64,000 nt of DNA from Treponemataceae bacterium (GCA_963678065.2 CAXXVZ010000003.1:96001-160000), one strand, 5' to 3'; positions 40,511 to 52,322 are shown, counted from the stretch's first letter. Notes: generated by a model from the letters alone, not told the origin. Program-made: numbers and translations.

Positions 40511-42346
40511 ATGTGTGGAATAGTCGGCTACACCGGACCCCGCAAGGCAGCGGGCATAATCGTCGAAGGTCTGAAAAGGCTCGAGTATCGCGGATATGAT
40601 TCCGCAGGAATCGCTATCGGACAGATCCGCGAGGGCGTCGGCTCGCTCTGCATCGTCAGACGGACCGGCAAGGTGAGCGCCCTGGCTCAGGCGGCGGCTT
40701 CCGTGACCGATGGTTCCTGGGGCATCGGGCACACCCGCTGGGCGACCCACGGCGGCGTCACCGAGATCAACGCCCATCCCCATGTCGACGCGTCCGGAAA
40801 AATCGCCGTCGCCCACAACGGCATCATAGAGAACCACCGCGCCCTGCACGAAATGCTCGTCAAGGAAGGCGTGAAATTCGCGAGCGAGACCGACACGGAA
40901 GTCATTCCCCACATGATCGCGAAATTCTACACAGGCGACCTCGAGGCGGCGGTGAAGGCTGCCCTCGTCCATCTGGAAGGAACCTACGGCATCGCCTGCG
41001 TCCACGCCGACGAACCCGGCCGCATCGTGGGCGCGCGCAACGGCAGCCCTCTCGTCATCGGCGTGGGGCAGGGCGAAATGTTCATCGCGAGCGACGTCTC
41101 CGCTATGATCGCCCACACCAACCAGGTCATCTACCTCAACGATGGCGAGATCGTGAGCATGGACCGCGATTCCTGGAGGATCACCGACCGGAAGGACCGC
41201 GAGATCGACAAGAAGGTCGACGAAGTGACCTGGGAGCTCGGCGCGATAGAGAAGGGTAATTTCGCCTGCTACATGGAGAAGGAGATTTTCGAGCAGCCCG
41301 ATTCGGTGGCGCGGGCCCTCTCTGGGCGCATGGATACGGAGAATGTCACCGCCAAGCTCGGAGGCCTCAATCTCGACAAGCATCAGCTGCGCGCCGTCGG
41401 ACGGGTCAAGGTCATCGCCGCCGGTACGAGCTGGCACGCCGGCACTATAGGCACCTGGCTCATCGAATCTCTCGCCCGCCTTCCCGCCTCCGCCGAACTC
41501 GCGAGCGAGATACGCTACAAGAATCCCGTAGTGGAGAAGGACAGCCTCTGGTTCGTCGTGAGCCAGTCCGGCGAGACAGCCGACTCGCTGTTCGCCATGC
41601 GGGAGATCCAGCGCAAGGGAGCCACAGTCCTCGGAATCTGCAATGTAGTCGGCTCGACGATCGCGCGCGAATCGGAGGGAGGCATCTACGTCCACTCCGG
41701 TCCGGAGATCGCCGTCGCGTCGACGAAGGCTTTCACGAGCCAGCTCTCCGCCTTCTACCTCGTCGCCCTCCTCCTCGGACGCATGCGCGACATGTCCCGC
41801 GAGGACGGAACCCGCTATCTCAATGCCCTCGCCGCTGTCCCCGACGCTATCGGGAAGACTCTGGAGCGGAGGGACAGCATTCAGCGCGTCGCCAAGAAAT
41901 ACTGCCACGCGAAGAGTTTCCTCTTCCTCGGCCGCGGCCTTCTGTACCCGATCGCCCTGGAGGGCGCCCTCAAACTGAAAGAAATATCCTACATCCACGC
42001 CGAAGGCTGCGGCGCGGGCGAGATGAAGCACGGACCCATCGCCCTCATCACGCCGGAAGTGCCCAGCGTCTTCCTCGTGCCGGACGACCACCTCCGCGAG
42101 AAGATCATATCCAATATCAGGGAGATCAAAGCGCGCGGAGGCCCTGTCATAGCGGTCGGCGTCGAGGGAGACAGGGAGGTCGAGGCCCTGGTCGACGACT
42201 TTATTTCCGTGCCCAAGGGCGACCCGCGCTTCTATCCTTTTACCATGGTCGTCCCGCTCCAGCTCCTGGCCTATTTCTGCGCCCTCGAGCTCGGCCGCGA
42301 CGTGGACCAGCCACGGAATCTCGCTAAGTCTGTTACGGTGGAGTGA
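40511..42346 (+). CDS. glmS: Glutamine-fructose-6-phosphate transaminase
   Basis: MCGIVG, HTRWATHG, SQSGET and PRNLAKSVTVE motifs. Confidence 0.99.
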   Translation: MCGIVGYTGPRKAAGIIVEGLKRLEYRGYDSAGIAIGQIREGVGSLCIVRRTGKVSALAQAAASVTDGSWGIGHTRWATHGGVTEINAHPHVDASGKIAVAHNGIIENHRALHEMLVKEGVKFASETDTEVIPHMIAKFYTGDLEAAVKAALVHLEGTYGIACVHADEPGRIVGARNGSPLVIGVGQGEMFIASDVSAMIAHTNQVIYLNDGEIVSMDRDSWRITDRKDREIDKKVDEVTWELGAIEKGNFACYMEKEIFEQPDSVARALSGRMDTENVTAKLGGLNLDKHQLRAVGRVKVIAAGTSWHAGTIGTWLIESLARLPASAELASEIRYKNPVVEKDSLWFVVSQSGETADSLFAMREIQRKGATVLGICNVVGSTIARESEGGIYVHSGPEIAVASTKAFTSQLSAFYLVALLLGRMRDMSREDGTRYLNALAAVPDAIGKTLERRDSIQRVAKKYCHAKSFLFLGRGLLYPIALEGALKLKEISYIHAEGCGAGEMKHGPIALITPEVPSVFLVPDDHLREKIISNIREIKARGGPVIAVGVEGDREVEALVDDFISVPKGDPRFYPFTMVVPLQLLAYFCALELGRDVDQPRNLAKSVTVE

Positions 42347-42506
42347 AGGTGAATCCGGACGTCGTCCGCGTCGCGAGCGACGTGGACCAGCCACGGAATC
42401 TCGCCAAGTCTGTTACGGTGGAGTGAAGGTGAATCCGGACGTCGTCCGCGTCGCGAGCGACGTGGACCAGCCACGGAATCTCGCCAAGTCTGTTACGGTG
42501 GAGTGA
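42297..42506 (+). repeat. 80-bp tandem repeat holding three copies of the glmS 3' 50 bp
   Basis: Units start at 42297, 42377 and 42457. Confidence 0.95.
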
Positions 42507-42691
42507 CCTGCCGATGATCGCCGGACAGCATGGCCGCCCTCGCGGGCGCGCCCGCAAGGGCGGCCATGTCGTGTCAGTAGATGAAACGCTATGGCCAATA
42601 AATAATTACCGATATACATTTTCTGGATTGTCCGTCAGCCTAACTGCGGGTATACTGACCTCGGTTTACCCAATCTTTCCAGGAGGTATTA

Positions 42692-43855
42692 ATGAAAATG
42701 CGAGCTTTCCTCTCTCTGCTTCTCGTAGTATCCCTCGCTCTCGTCGGCTGCGCCGGCGGTGGTGGCAAGGGCGACGTCATCAAGGTGGGCTGGTTCGGCG
42801 CCCTCACCGGTGACCAGGCTGTCTGGGGCGAGAACGAGCTCAACACGGTCAAGATGCTGTTTGAAGAGTACAACGCCGCTGGCGGAATCGATGTTGGCAA
42901 CAAGAAATACAAGCTCGAAGTGATTGGATACGACAACAAGGGCGACGCCCAGGAAGCCGTCAACGTCACCAAGCGCCTCACCGGCCAGGACAAGGTCGTC
43001 GCCATCCTCGGGCCGAACGCCTCCGGCAACGCTATCCCCATCGCCTCCATTCTCGAGAAGGCCAAGGTCCCCGACATCGCGACCGTCGCGACCAATCCCA
43101 AGGTCACCGTTATGGACGGCAAGGTGAAGCCCTACAACTTCCGCGTCTGCTTCATCGACCCCTACCAGGGCGCTGTCGCCGCCGGCTACGCCTTCGACAA
43201 GCTCGGCGCCAAGAAGGCAGCCGTCCTCTACGATGTGTCCGACGACTACTCCCAGGGTCTCCGTGAGTTCTTCATCGAGAACTTCAAGAAGAAGGGTGGC
43301 GAGATCGTCGCCGACGAATCCTTCAAGGGCGGCGACGTGGACTTCCGCGCCCAGCTCTCCAAGATCAAGGCCGCCAAGCCCGATGTCATTTTCATGCCCT
43401 ACTTCTTCAAGGAAGTCGCCCTCTCGGCCAACCAGGCCCGCGAACTCGGCATGAAGCAGACGATGATCGGCGGCGACGGCTGGCCATCGGAGCAGCTGAT
43501 CTCCATGGGCGGCAAGGCCGTGGAAGGCTCCTACTTCGTCAACCACCTCGACTACAGCGATCCCGCTGTCGCCGACTACAAGGCCCGCTACCTCGCCAAG
43601 TATGGCAAGGAGACCGAGCTCAACGGCTACCTCGTCCACGACGCAGTGCTCATGCTCGTCGACGGACTGAAGCGCGCGGGCAAGGTCAACGGCGAAGCCC
43701 TCGCCAAGGCCCTCGCGACCACCGATATCGTGGGAATCACCGGAAAGATCAAGATCGGCGCCGACACCCACAACCCTGAAGGGAAGGACGCGGCCATTCT
43801 CAAGATCATCGACGGCAAGTACGTGTTCCAGGGCAAATACTCGCCCACTATGTAA
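42692..43855 (+). CDS. Branched-chain amino acid ABC substrate-binding lipoprotein
   Basis: Lipobox LVGC; LivJ/K-like sequence; heads the operon. Confidence 0.92.
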   Translation: MKMRAFLSLLLVVSLALVGCAGGGGKGDVIKVGWFGALTGDQAVWGENELNTVKMLFEEYNAAGGIDVGNKKYKLEVIGYDNKGDAQEAVNVTKRLTGQDKVVAILGPNASGNAIPIASILEKAKVPDIATVATNPKVTVMDGKVKPYNFRVCFIDPYQGAVAAGYAFDKLGAKKAAVLYDVSDDYSQGLREFFIENFKKKGGEIVADESFKGGDVDFRAQLSKIKAAKPDVIFMPYFFKEVALSANQARELGMKQTMIGGDGWPSEQLISMGGKAVEGSYFVNHLDYSDPAVADYKARYLAKYGKETELNGYLVHDAVLMLVDGLKRAGKVNGEALAKALATTDIVGITGKIKIGADTHNPEGKDAAILKIIDGKYVFQGKYSPTM

Positions 43856-43868
43856 TTTCCGCGGAATC

Positions 43869-43906
43869 AGCCGAACCGGCCCCAAAAAGGGCCGGTTCGG
43901 CTTTTT
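43869..43906 (+). terminator. Intrinsic terminator or stabilising hairpin
   Basis: 14-bp perfect stem followed by a T tract. Confidence 0.8.
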
Positions 43907-43930
43907 GAGGCGGCACAAGGATACCCGGGC

Positions 43931-44809
43931 ATGGTTCAATTCCTTCAACAGCTGATAAACGGTCTGTCCATCGGGTCCGTCTACGCCCTCATGGCGGTCG
44001 GATATTCCCTCGTGTACAGCATCATGAATTTCTCCAACTTCGCACACGGCGGAGTCATCATGCTTGGGGCATATTTCGGCTTCTATGCCCTGACGGCTTT
44101 CAAGCTGCCTTTTGCCCTCGCTTTCCTCGTGGCCACGGCCGGCACGGGGATTCTCGCCGTCATCATCGAACGCATAGCCTACAAACCTCTCCGCGACAGG
44201 CGCGCTCCCTTCCTGTATTTCATCATATCGGCCATGGGGGCTTCGATTTTCCTCGAAAATATCGTCATTGCCACAATTGGTCCCACGTTCAGAACCTATC
44301 CTGAAATCTTCGAGCGCACTCCCATCGCCCTCGGCCCGGTCGCCATCGGGCGGCTCGACCTTCTCGCCTTCACAGTCTCCGCCGTATGCCTGACGGCCCT
44401 CGTCCTCTTCATCGAGAAAACCAAACTCGGCAAGGCCATCCAGGCCTCGGCCTACAACATGAAAGCCTGCGCCCTCATGGGCGTCAACACCGACCTCGTA
44501 GTCCTCGTGGTCTTCGCTCTCGGAGGAATACTCGCCGGAGTGGCTGGCGTCTTCTTCGGGATGAAGTACACGGTCTATCCTCAGATCGGCAATATCACAC
44601 TGAAATCCTTTATCGCGGCCGTCTTTGGCGGTCTCGGCTCTCTTCCGGGCGCGGTCATCGGTTCGATTCTTCTCGGAACCATCGAGACTCTTGTGGCGGG
44701 TTACCTCTCATCCCAGTTCCGCGACCTCATCGCCTTCGTGATTCTGATCGGGGTACTCGTGTTCCGACCCTCGGGAATCATGGGCAAAGTCGCCGAAGAT
44801 AAGGCTTAA
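43931..44809 (+). CDS. livH: BCAA ABC permease
   Basis: NGLSIGSVYAL, NFAHG and GGLGS motifs. Confidence 0.92.
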   Translation: MVQFLQQLINGLSIGSVYALMAVGYSLVYSIMNFSNFAHGGVIMLGAYFGFYALTAFKLPFALAFLVATAGTGILAVIIERIAYKPLRDRRAPFLYFIISAMGASIFLENIVIATIGPTFRTYPEIFERTPIALGPVAIGRLDLLAFTVSAVCLTALVLFIEKTKLGKAIQASAYNMKACALMGVNTDLVVLVVFALGGILAGVAGVFFGMKYTVYPQIGNITLKSFIAAVFGGLGSLPGAVIGSILLGTIETLVAGYLSSQFRDLIAFVILIGVLVFRPSGIMGKVAEDKA

Positions 44810-44819
44810 GGAGCGGACG

Positions 44820-45764
44820 ATGGATCTCTCCTACATACAGGGCATATTCATGCTCGCGGGCATCAACCTCATCGCTGTGCTGGGCCTCTGCCTCCTGACG
44901 GGTTTCACGGGGCTCTTCTCTTTCGGGCACGCAGGTTTCATGCTGATCGGCGCCTACATCGGGGCATTCCTGACCCAGCCCGTCGCGACCACTCCCGCCG
45001 GCCTCGGTCTTCCCTTCATCGTCGGCATGGCCGGCGCGGCGACCGCAGCCGGTCTCTCCGCCTGGGTCATCGGCAAGATCACACTGAAGCTCAAGGGCGA
45101 CTACTTCTGCATAGCCACCCTGGGCTTCGGCGAGGCCATCCGGCTCGTCTTCGACAACTTCCAGGGCTTCGGCGGATCGCGCGGCTGGCCGCTGCGCGGC
45201 GACCTCGGCCCTTGGTACTTCTGGATCATACTCGCCTGCGACGTCGTCGGCGTGATCTTCCTCGCCAACCTCGTGCGCTCGCGGCACGGGCGGAACATGA
45301 TAGCCGTCCGCGAAGAAGAGCTGGCCGCCCAGATAGCCGGCGTCGACGTGGTCAGGTACAAGATGACTGCCCTCATCATCTCCGCCATCTATGCGGGCGT
45401 CGCCGGCTACCTCCTCGGCAACTACCTCACCTTCATCCAGCCCAAGATATTCAACCTCAACAAGTCGACGGAACTCACCATCATCGTGATTTTCGGCGGT
45501 CTCGGCTCCATCTCGGGCAGTGTCATCGGAGCCCTCATCCTGACGGCCCTGCCCGAGGTGTTGCGCTTCTTCGCGATCTGGCGCCTCGTCTTCTACGGCG
45601 CCGCCGTCATCCTCATCATGGTCGCTCGACCCCAGGGGCTCATGGGTGGCATGGAGCTCACGCCTTCCGGGATACGGAAGGCTCTCGCCGCGAGGCGGGC
45701 CCGACTCGCTCCCGTCTCCGGACCTGGTTCCGGCAGGTCGGACACTTCGGGAGGTCCGAAATGA
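44820..45764 (+). CDS. livM: BCAA ABC permease
   Basis: SFGHAGF and GDYFCIATLGF motifs. Confidence 0.92.
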   Translation: MDLSYIQGIFMLAGINLIAVLGLCLLTGFTGLFSFGHAGFMLIGAYIGAFLTQPVATTPAGLGLPFIVGMAGAATAAGLSAWVIGKITLKLKGDYFCIATLGFGEAIRLVFDNFQGFGGSRGWPLRGDLGPWYFWIILACDVVGVIFLANLVRSRHGRNMIAVREEELAAQIAGVDVVRYKMTALIISAIYAGVAGYLLGNYLTFIQPKIFNLNKSTELTIIVIFGGLGSISGSVIGALILTALPEVLRFFAIWRLVFYGAAVILIMVARPQGLMGGMELTPSGIRKALAARRARLAPVSGPGSGRSDTSGGPK

Positions 45765-46530
45765 ACATTCTCGAAGTACGGAATCTCACCAAGCGCTTCG
45801 GGGGGCTAGCCGCCGTCAACGACGTCTCCTTCGACATACGCGAAGGCGGCATCGTCGGACTCATCGGCCCGAACGGCGCGGGAAAGACGACGATCTTCAA
45901 CCTCATCACGGGCGTGTACAAGGTGACCGTGGGTTCGGTGAACTTTCAGGGCAAGATGATAACGGATCTGGAGCCCTTCAGGATCGCCGATGCCGGCGTC
46001 ACCCGCACCTTCCAGAACATCAGGCTCTTCAAAAACCTCTCGGTATTCGACAATGTCCTCACCGCCTGTCACCTTTCGGCGAAATACAGCCTCGCGGAGT
46101 CCATCCTCCGCCTGTCGCGCTTCCGCCGCGAGGAGAAGATGCTGAAAGAGAAGGCCGCCGGCCTCCTCGAGATCATGGGTCTTCAGGACAGGCTCGAGGT
46201 CACGGCGAACAACCTTCCCTACGGGCTTCAGAGACGGCTGGAGATCACGCGCGCCCTCGCCCTCGACCCGAAACTCCTTCTCCTGGACGAACCCGCCGCC
46301 GGCATGAACCCGGACGAGACCGAGCAGCTCATGAGGCTGATCTCGGAAGTGAGGACACGCTTCGACCTGTCGGTTCTCGTGATAGAACACCACATGGATC
46401 TCATCATGGGGATCTGCGAGCGCATCGTCGTGCTCAATTTCGGCTGCAAGCTCGCGGACGGCAGCGCCGAAGAGGTCGCGGCCAATCCGAAGGTTGTGGA
46501 AGCCTATCTCGGCGCCGAGGAGGGTACACC

Positions 46531-46534
<4 letters not shown>
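45761..46534 (+). CDS. livG: BCAA ABC ATPase
   Basis: GPNGAGKT, RTFQN and LPYG motifs. Confidence 0.93.
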
Positions 46535-47250
<716 letters not shown>

Positions 47251-47267
47251 ATCGGGGTTCTGCGACG

Positions 47268-47303
47268 AAAGGCCATCCGGCGGAGTGCCCGGGATGGCCT
47301 TTT
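47268..47303. terminator. Bidirectional terminator
   Basis: AAAGGCCATCC...GGATGGCCTTTT between convergent genes. Confidence 0.75.
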
Positions 47304-47344
47304 GCAGCGATGCACGATTCGAAGAGACCGAATGCCGAATTGAC

Positions 47345-47731
47345 TCAGAAGCGGAACTCCGCGTGTCCTGCCTTCATGTATGCCTTGAGATCGGCCACAG
47401 CCGCGTTGAGGAGGGCCGCATCCTGCGCGCCGCACGCTCCGATTCCCTTGTAGGCTGTGTTCACGAAAGCGCCGAGGGTTTTCCTCCAATCCTCAAGGCT
47501 CCCCTTCGGCGGCGCCATGACGAGTAGTTTATTCATGCCCTGGGCCATCAGCATGAGGTTCTGCGCTGCTCCCGAAAAGTTGTTTTTTTCCGCCGCAGCG
47601 GATATCTGTACAATGAGCGATGCGTTGCCGCGCATCACCGTGACGGCGGTTCCATGATCGTACGAGTCCTGAGCGAAGATAAATCCAGAGACCAGAATGA
47701 ATAACGCTGCAAGGAAAACTGTTTTCCTCAT
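47345..47731 (-). CDS. Secreted helical hypothetical protein
   Basis: Signal peptide ending IFA-Q; GGAGG RBS. Confidence 0.75.
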   Translation of the reverse strand: MRKTVFLAALFILVSGFIFAQDSYDHGTAVTVMRGNASLIVQISAAAEKNNFSGAAQNLMLMAQGMNKLLVMAPPKGSLEDWRKTLGAFVNTAYKGIGACGAQDAALLNAAVADLKAYMKAGHAEFRF

Positions 47732-47803
47732 CGGCATCCTCCTGGTTTGAAAAATACAGGGCGCAACGATCATCGTCAATATTAATTAGTAAAATTGTCA
47801 GAA

Positions 47804-49195
47804 TTACAAATTCCGGAGCAGCGAGCGGTAGAACAGGGCAGCGCGCCTGAGATTCCCGATTTCGACCTTTTCGTTCCGGCCGTGGACTCCCTTGAGGTCT
47901 TCCTGGGTCTGGGAGAGCGGGGTAAATCGGTAGATGGCCCGCGCGATGTAGCGGTAATGCTTCGTGTCCGTTCCGGCGCTGAAAAGGAAGGGGACGGCAG
48001 CGACGTGGGGGAAGGATGCCGAGAGGGCGGCAACGAGCGCGCGCCAGCCCTCGTGGTCGACAGGGGATTCGTCCGAGGGTTCGACCACGTTGTCGGGGTA
48101 GGCGTTGGAGGCCTGTACGCCGTACCGGGCCACGATTCCCTGCACGCGGTCGAGGGCTCCGCGAGTCGTCTCTCCGGGCAGGATGCGCATGTTTACAATG
48201 GCGCTGGCCTTGTCCGCGAGGACGTTCTCTTTGCCGCTTCCGCGAAGCATGGTGGGGGCCGCCGTCGTGCGGATGAGGGCGTTCGTCGTGGCGGCGCCTG
48301 AAAATGCCATCTTGACGAGGGGAGCCGTGAGCCAGAGATTCCGGAACAGCGCACGGTAGGCTGCGGGGACATGGGGCGAGAGCATCGAGAGGAAGCTCCG
48401 GACGGTGAAGACGAGGCGGGGAGGGAAGGGATGGGCTTCGATTGCCGCAACCGCGCGGCAAAGATCGCCGGTGGCTGTCCTCTTCGGCGGCATCGAGGCG
48501 TGCCCCCCGGACGCGGTGGCCGTGAGCTGGACATCCATGTAGCCTTTTTCCGCTATGCCCACGAGGGCGAGGGGTTTGTCCGCGAAGGAGAGCATGCCGT
48601 CGGCTATGGGGCCGCCCTCGTCGAGGAGGAACGATGCCCTGATTCCTTTTTCCGCGAGCCGGGCCGCGACGCGCGCGGCGCCCCGCGTGCCCCCCGTCTC
48701 CTCGTCGCCCCCGAAGGCGAAAAAGATTGTCCGCTCGGGAGCGAATCCCGCTCCGATCAGTTTTTCCGCGGCAAAGAGGGCCGAGGCCAGCATGACCTTG
48801 ATATCCTGCGTGCCGCGGCCCCACACGGCGCCGCCGGCTATGTCGCCGGAGAAGGGATCGTGTTCCCAGAGAGGGGCGTCTTCCGCCGGGACGACGTCGA
48901 AATGGGCGCAGAGGATCGCCGGCTCGAGGGAGGGGTTGCGCCCTTTCCACTCGAAGAGAAGCCCGCGCGCGCCTACGTCTTCGCGGAGCATCGTTTTATG
49001 GACGGCCGGAAAGAGTTCCCGCAGACAGGCCCGGAGGTTTTCAAACGGCGCTTCCTCTTCCTTCCCGGGATCGAACTGCGACACGGTGGGAAAGCGGACG
49101 AGGGCGGACAGGACCTCCTCGATCCCGGCCATGGCTCCGATGTCGACATCTTCTTTGGCCGGGTTCAAACCGGAACGCGCCGAGGAATCACTCAT
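47804..49195 (-). CDS. M20-family metallopeptidase
   Basis: AHFDVV, GRGTQDIK, DEE, DEGG and HGRNE motifs. Confidence 0.9.
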   Translation of the reverse strand: MSDSSARSGLNPAKEDVDIGAMAGIEEVLSALVRFPTVSQFDPGKEEEAPFENLRACLRELFPAVHKTMLREDVGARGLLFEWKGRNPSLEPAILCAHFDVVPAEDAPLWEHDPFSGDIAGGAVWGRGTQDIKVMLASALFAAEKLIGAGFAPERTIFFAFGGDEETGGTRGAARVAARLAEKGIRASFLLDEGGPIADGMLSFADKPLALVGIAEKGYMDVQLTATASGGHASMPPKRTATGDLCRAVAAIEAHPFPPRLVFTVRSFLSMLSPHVPAAYRALFRNLWLTAPLVKMAFSGAATTNALIRTTAAPTMLRGSGKENVLADKASAIVNMRILPGETTRGALDRVQGIVARYGVQASNAYPDNVVEPSDESPVDHEGWRALVAALSASFPHVAAVPFLFSAGTDTKHYRYIARAIYRFTPLSQTQEDLKGVHGRNEKVEIGNLRRAALFYRSLLRNL

Positions 49196-49335
49196 GGGAC
49201 TTCTCCTTATCCTTACAGTATGACTTCCTGCCGGGGGCGCGGTCAACATGAGCTACCGATTGAACATGCCGTGCCAGACTGGAATCCCTCCCGAATCCAG
49301 TACATACTGTTGAGAATTATCGATCGGGAGGATTC

Positions 49336-50811
49336 ATGGACAATTCCGGGAAAGCGGGTATTTCTATATCGGGGAAGGCATTCGCAGCAAGTTTCATCAT
49401 ACTGTTCGCCCTCATGATGGCGGCAGGCGTCCTCACCGCCCTTGTTCCGCAGGGAAGCTTCGAGAGGATCGAATCGGGCTCGGAGCGCCTCATCGTCCCT
49501 GGCTCCTACCGCGAGACACAGAGGATCCCCTATCCCTTCTGGCGGTGGCTCACCGCGCCGGCGGAAGTTCTCGGCACCAGCGACGCGGGAATGGCGGCCC
49601 TCATCATCATTTTCATCGCCGCGGTCGGAGGCGCTTTCGCCGTCCTGCAGCGTGCCGGCGTGCTTGAGGGTGCCGTGTCGTCCTTGGCCGACAAGTTCCG
49701 CTCGCGGAAGTACCTCTTGCTCGCGATAATCACCCTGTTTTTCATGTCGATAGGATCCCTGATGGGCATCTTCGAGGAGACGATTCCCCTCGTCCCCGTC
49801 GCCATCGCCCTCTCGCTCTCTCTCGGGTGGGATGTCATGACGGGAATGGGCATGAGTATCCTCGCGACCGGTTTCGGGTTCTCTGCCGCCATATCCAACC
49901 CCTTCAGCATCGGAACCGCCCAGAAGTTGTCCGGGCTTCCTCTCTTTTCAGGGGCCGCATTCCGGGTCATCGTGTTCGTCGTCGTGTACGCCGCATACCT
50001 CTTATGGCTGCACCGTCTTGCGAGGAAGGCCGAAGCGAAAGGTGCCGGAAACCTCGGGTCCGGCACCATCGGGATGGCGGGGAGAATCCCGGCTGGAAGC
50101 GGGGCTGCGGAAACCGCAAAGGGCGGGCCTTCCTCGGGTGCAGGCTCGAGGGAGCTCCGGGCGCGCGGCGTCGCCGTTTTCGGCATTTCCGGCCTTGTCC
50201 TGATCGTCCTCGTGATGCTCATCTCTCTGACAGGGTTCCTCGCCAATTACTCCATGCTCCTCATCGCCCTCGTATTTCTTGGTGCGGGATTCGGATCGGG
50301 AGCGGCGGCAGGTCTCTCGCTCCGCAAGGCGCTGAAAGCCTTCGGCGAGGGAGTGGTCGGCATCGGTCCGGGGATCATCCTCATCCTGATGGCTCTCGGC
50401 GTCAAACGGATCATCGTCGCGGGCGGTATCATGGACACCATACTCTACAATGCCGGAAACGCCGTCGCCGGCTCGACGGGATACGCGGCCGCGGCCCTCG
50501 TCTACGTCTTCACTCTCGGCATGAACTTCTTCATCGGCTCCGCCACGGCAAAGGCCTTTCTCCTCATGCCGATCCTCGCGCCGCTCGCAGACCTCACCGG
50601 CCTTTCCCGCCAGATCGTCGTGCAGGCCTTCGCCTTCGGAGACGGATTCTCCAACATGCTGTATCCGACCAACGCCGTCCTCCTCATCGCCCTCGGCGTT
50701 TCCGGCATCTCCTGGCCGGCCTGGTTCCGCAAGACCTGGCGCCTGCAGGTCGGAACCCTCGTCATCACCATGGCCCTTCTGATGCTCTCCGTGGCCATCG
50801 GGTACCGGTGA
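49336..50811 (+). CDS. YfcC-family membrane transporter
   Basis: Many TM helices; NPFSIG.AQ and AFGDGFSN motifs. Confidence 0.85.
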   Translation: MDNSGKAGISISGKAFAASFIILFALMMAAGVLTALVPQGSFERIESGSERLIVPGSYRETQRIPYPFWRWLTAPAEVLGTSDAGMAALIIIFIAAVGGAFAVLQRAGVLEGAVSSLADKFRSRKYLLLAIITLFFMSIGSLMGIFEETIPLVPVAIALSLSLGWDVMTGMGMSILATGFGFSAAISNPFSIGTAQKLSGLPLFSGAAFRVIVFVVVYAAYLLWLHRLARKAEAKGAGNLGSGTIGMAGRIPAGSGAAETAKGGPSSGAGSRELRARGVAVFGISGLVLIVLVMLISLTGFLANYSMLLIALVFLGAGFGSGAAAGLSLRKALKAFGEGVVGIGPGIILILMALGVKRIIVAGGIMDTILYNAGNAVAGSTGYAAAALVYVFTLGMNFFIGSATAKAFLLMPILAPLADLTGLSRQIVVQAFAFGDGFSNMLYPTNAVLLIALGVSGISWPAWFRKTWRLQVGTLVITMALLMLSVAIGYR

Positions 50812-51034
50812 AGGAGGCTCGGGACAGATATCGGAAGATACGGACGAATACCGACCCGCACAAAGACATCGGACCTCATTGCGAATAGCCCTTCAACTGC
50901 TGATATATGAGCTGAAATCTTGTATTTCTAACAGAATGTTATAGACTTGGAGAAAGGAGGTAGTTTTTTTCGTGAAATAACTTAGCTCAGTCGGTAGGCC
51001 TTTGTAATTCTCGTTATCTGCAAGGAGGGGCGAA

Positions 51035-52198
51035 ATGAAGAGAGCGTTCAAAGTGCTCGGGATCGCACTCATGGTGCTGTTCGTCGCATCCGCCATGTCC
51101 TGCGATTTTATCTCTAACTTGTTCGGATCTGCCACAGCCAACCTTTTCGGCGCCAAGCTGGCTCCAGAAATTGCGACCAATGCCATCACCTTCGATATTA
51201 CGGCAATCGGCAGCGATCTCCGCGGCTATGACAGCTTCCCCACTATCACGCTTTTTGTTGCGCCGCGCGCGACGACAGGTGAGCTTATCACCGGAATGCA
51301 GGCGGCAGACTTCTTCGACACTGTCGACGATAACGGGACCGCGCGGAATATCGTCGTGACTCCTCCGCGAAGCTCCGTGACCTCCGCCACGAAGACAGCC
51401 GATATTGTGTTCGTAATCGATACCACCGGCAGTATGGGCAGCTATCTCACTACGATGACTTCGAAAGCTCAGTCTTTCGCCGACGCGATAGCCGCCAAAT
51501 CCATCGATTACAGGCTCGGCTTCGTGACATTCGGAGATGATATCCGGAAGGGTACAGGACAGCGTCTTGCGCCTACGAGCAATATCACCACATTCAAGAC
51601 CGCAGTCGGCGCCCTGGTTGCAAGTGGCGGTGGGGATGCTCTAGAGAACCAGATCGATGCCCTGGATTACGCGCGCGCAGCCGCGACGGGCAGCAATCCC
51701 GCAGGATCGTTCCAAACGGATATGTCCTTCACCTACCGCTCGGGCGCGATGAAAATCTTCATTTTGATCACTGATATCGGCTTCCATACTCCTTCTAATC
51801 CCGGTGATGTTACAGGCTATTATTCTGGCGTTTCCAATACTCTCGACCAGGAGATAGCCAAGCTCAAGGCCGATTCCATCAACTGCTACGTCGTCGGCCC
51901 CGCTGGTGTCGGATATGAATCGCTCGCCTCCGGGACAGATGGCGAATATTACTCCTCCGGCGGAGATTTCTCCAAGATCATCGACAAGCTCGGCACCGTG
52001 ATCGCCGGCAGCGGCGACTACATGATCACGTTCATGACCCAGGACTTCACTGCCAGCAAGCTGCACAAGGTCAGGGTCGCGATCCACACCCGGCTCGGAA
52101 ATGCGCAGGCGATCGCGAACTACACTTCTCCCTCCGTCGTCAACGTGAAGGAGGCCGAAGAGATGTACGCGAAGGGACTCGAGGGGCTCAAGAGATAA
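51035..52198 (+). CDS. vWA-domain lipoprotein
   Basis: Spirochaete-like lipobox AMSC; MIDAS motif DTTGS; LITD. Confidence 0.85.
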   Translation: MKRAFKVLGIALMVLFVASAMSCDFISNLFGSATANLFGAKLAPEIATNAITFDITAIGSDLRGYDSFPTITLFVAPRATTGELITGMQAADFFDTVDDNGTARNIVVTPPRSSVTSATKTADIVFVIDTTGSMGSYLTTMTSKAQSFADAIAAKSIDYRLGFVTFGDDIRKGTGQRLAPTSNITTFKTAVGALVASGGGDALENQIDALDYARAAATGSNPAGSFQTDMSFTYRSGAMKIFILITDIGFHTPSNPGDVTGYYSGVSNTLDQEIAKLKADSINCYVVGPAGVGYESLASGTDGEYYSSGGDFSKIIDKLGTVIAGSGDYMITFMTQDFTASKLHKVRVAIHTRLGNAQAIANYTSPSVVNVKEAEEMYAKGLEGLKR

Positions 52199-52226
52199 AG
52201 CTCCATACCGGAACGACGTGACGTTC

Positions 52227-52258
52227 AAGGGTCGCCCCGTCCGGGGCGGCCCCTTTTT
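52227..52258 (+). terminator. Intrinsic terminator
   Basis: GGGTCGCCCC...GGGGCGGCCC followed by a T tract. Confidence 0.75.
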
Positions 52259-52322
52259 ATCGCCTGCCACCGCGACAACCGCTTCCACCTTCCGCGCCGG
52301 CAAGGCTATACTTGGCCCATCT

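Noticed and set aside
42297..42506. Mini-CRISPR or a Tn7 insertion at glmS
   Set aside because: The spacers are identical, the repeat is glmS coding sequence, and no tns or cas genes follow.
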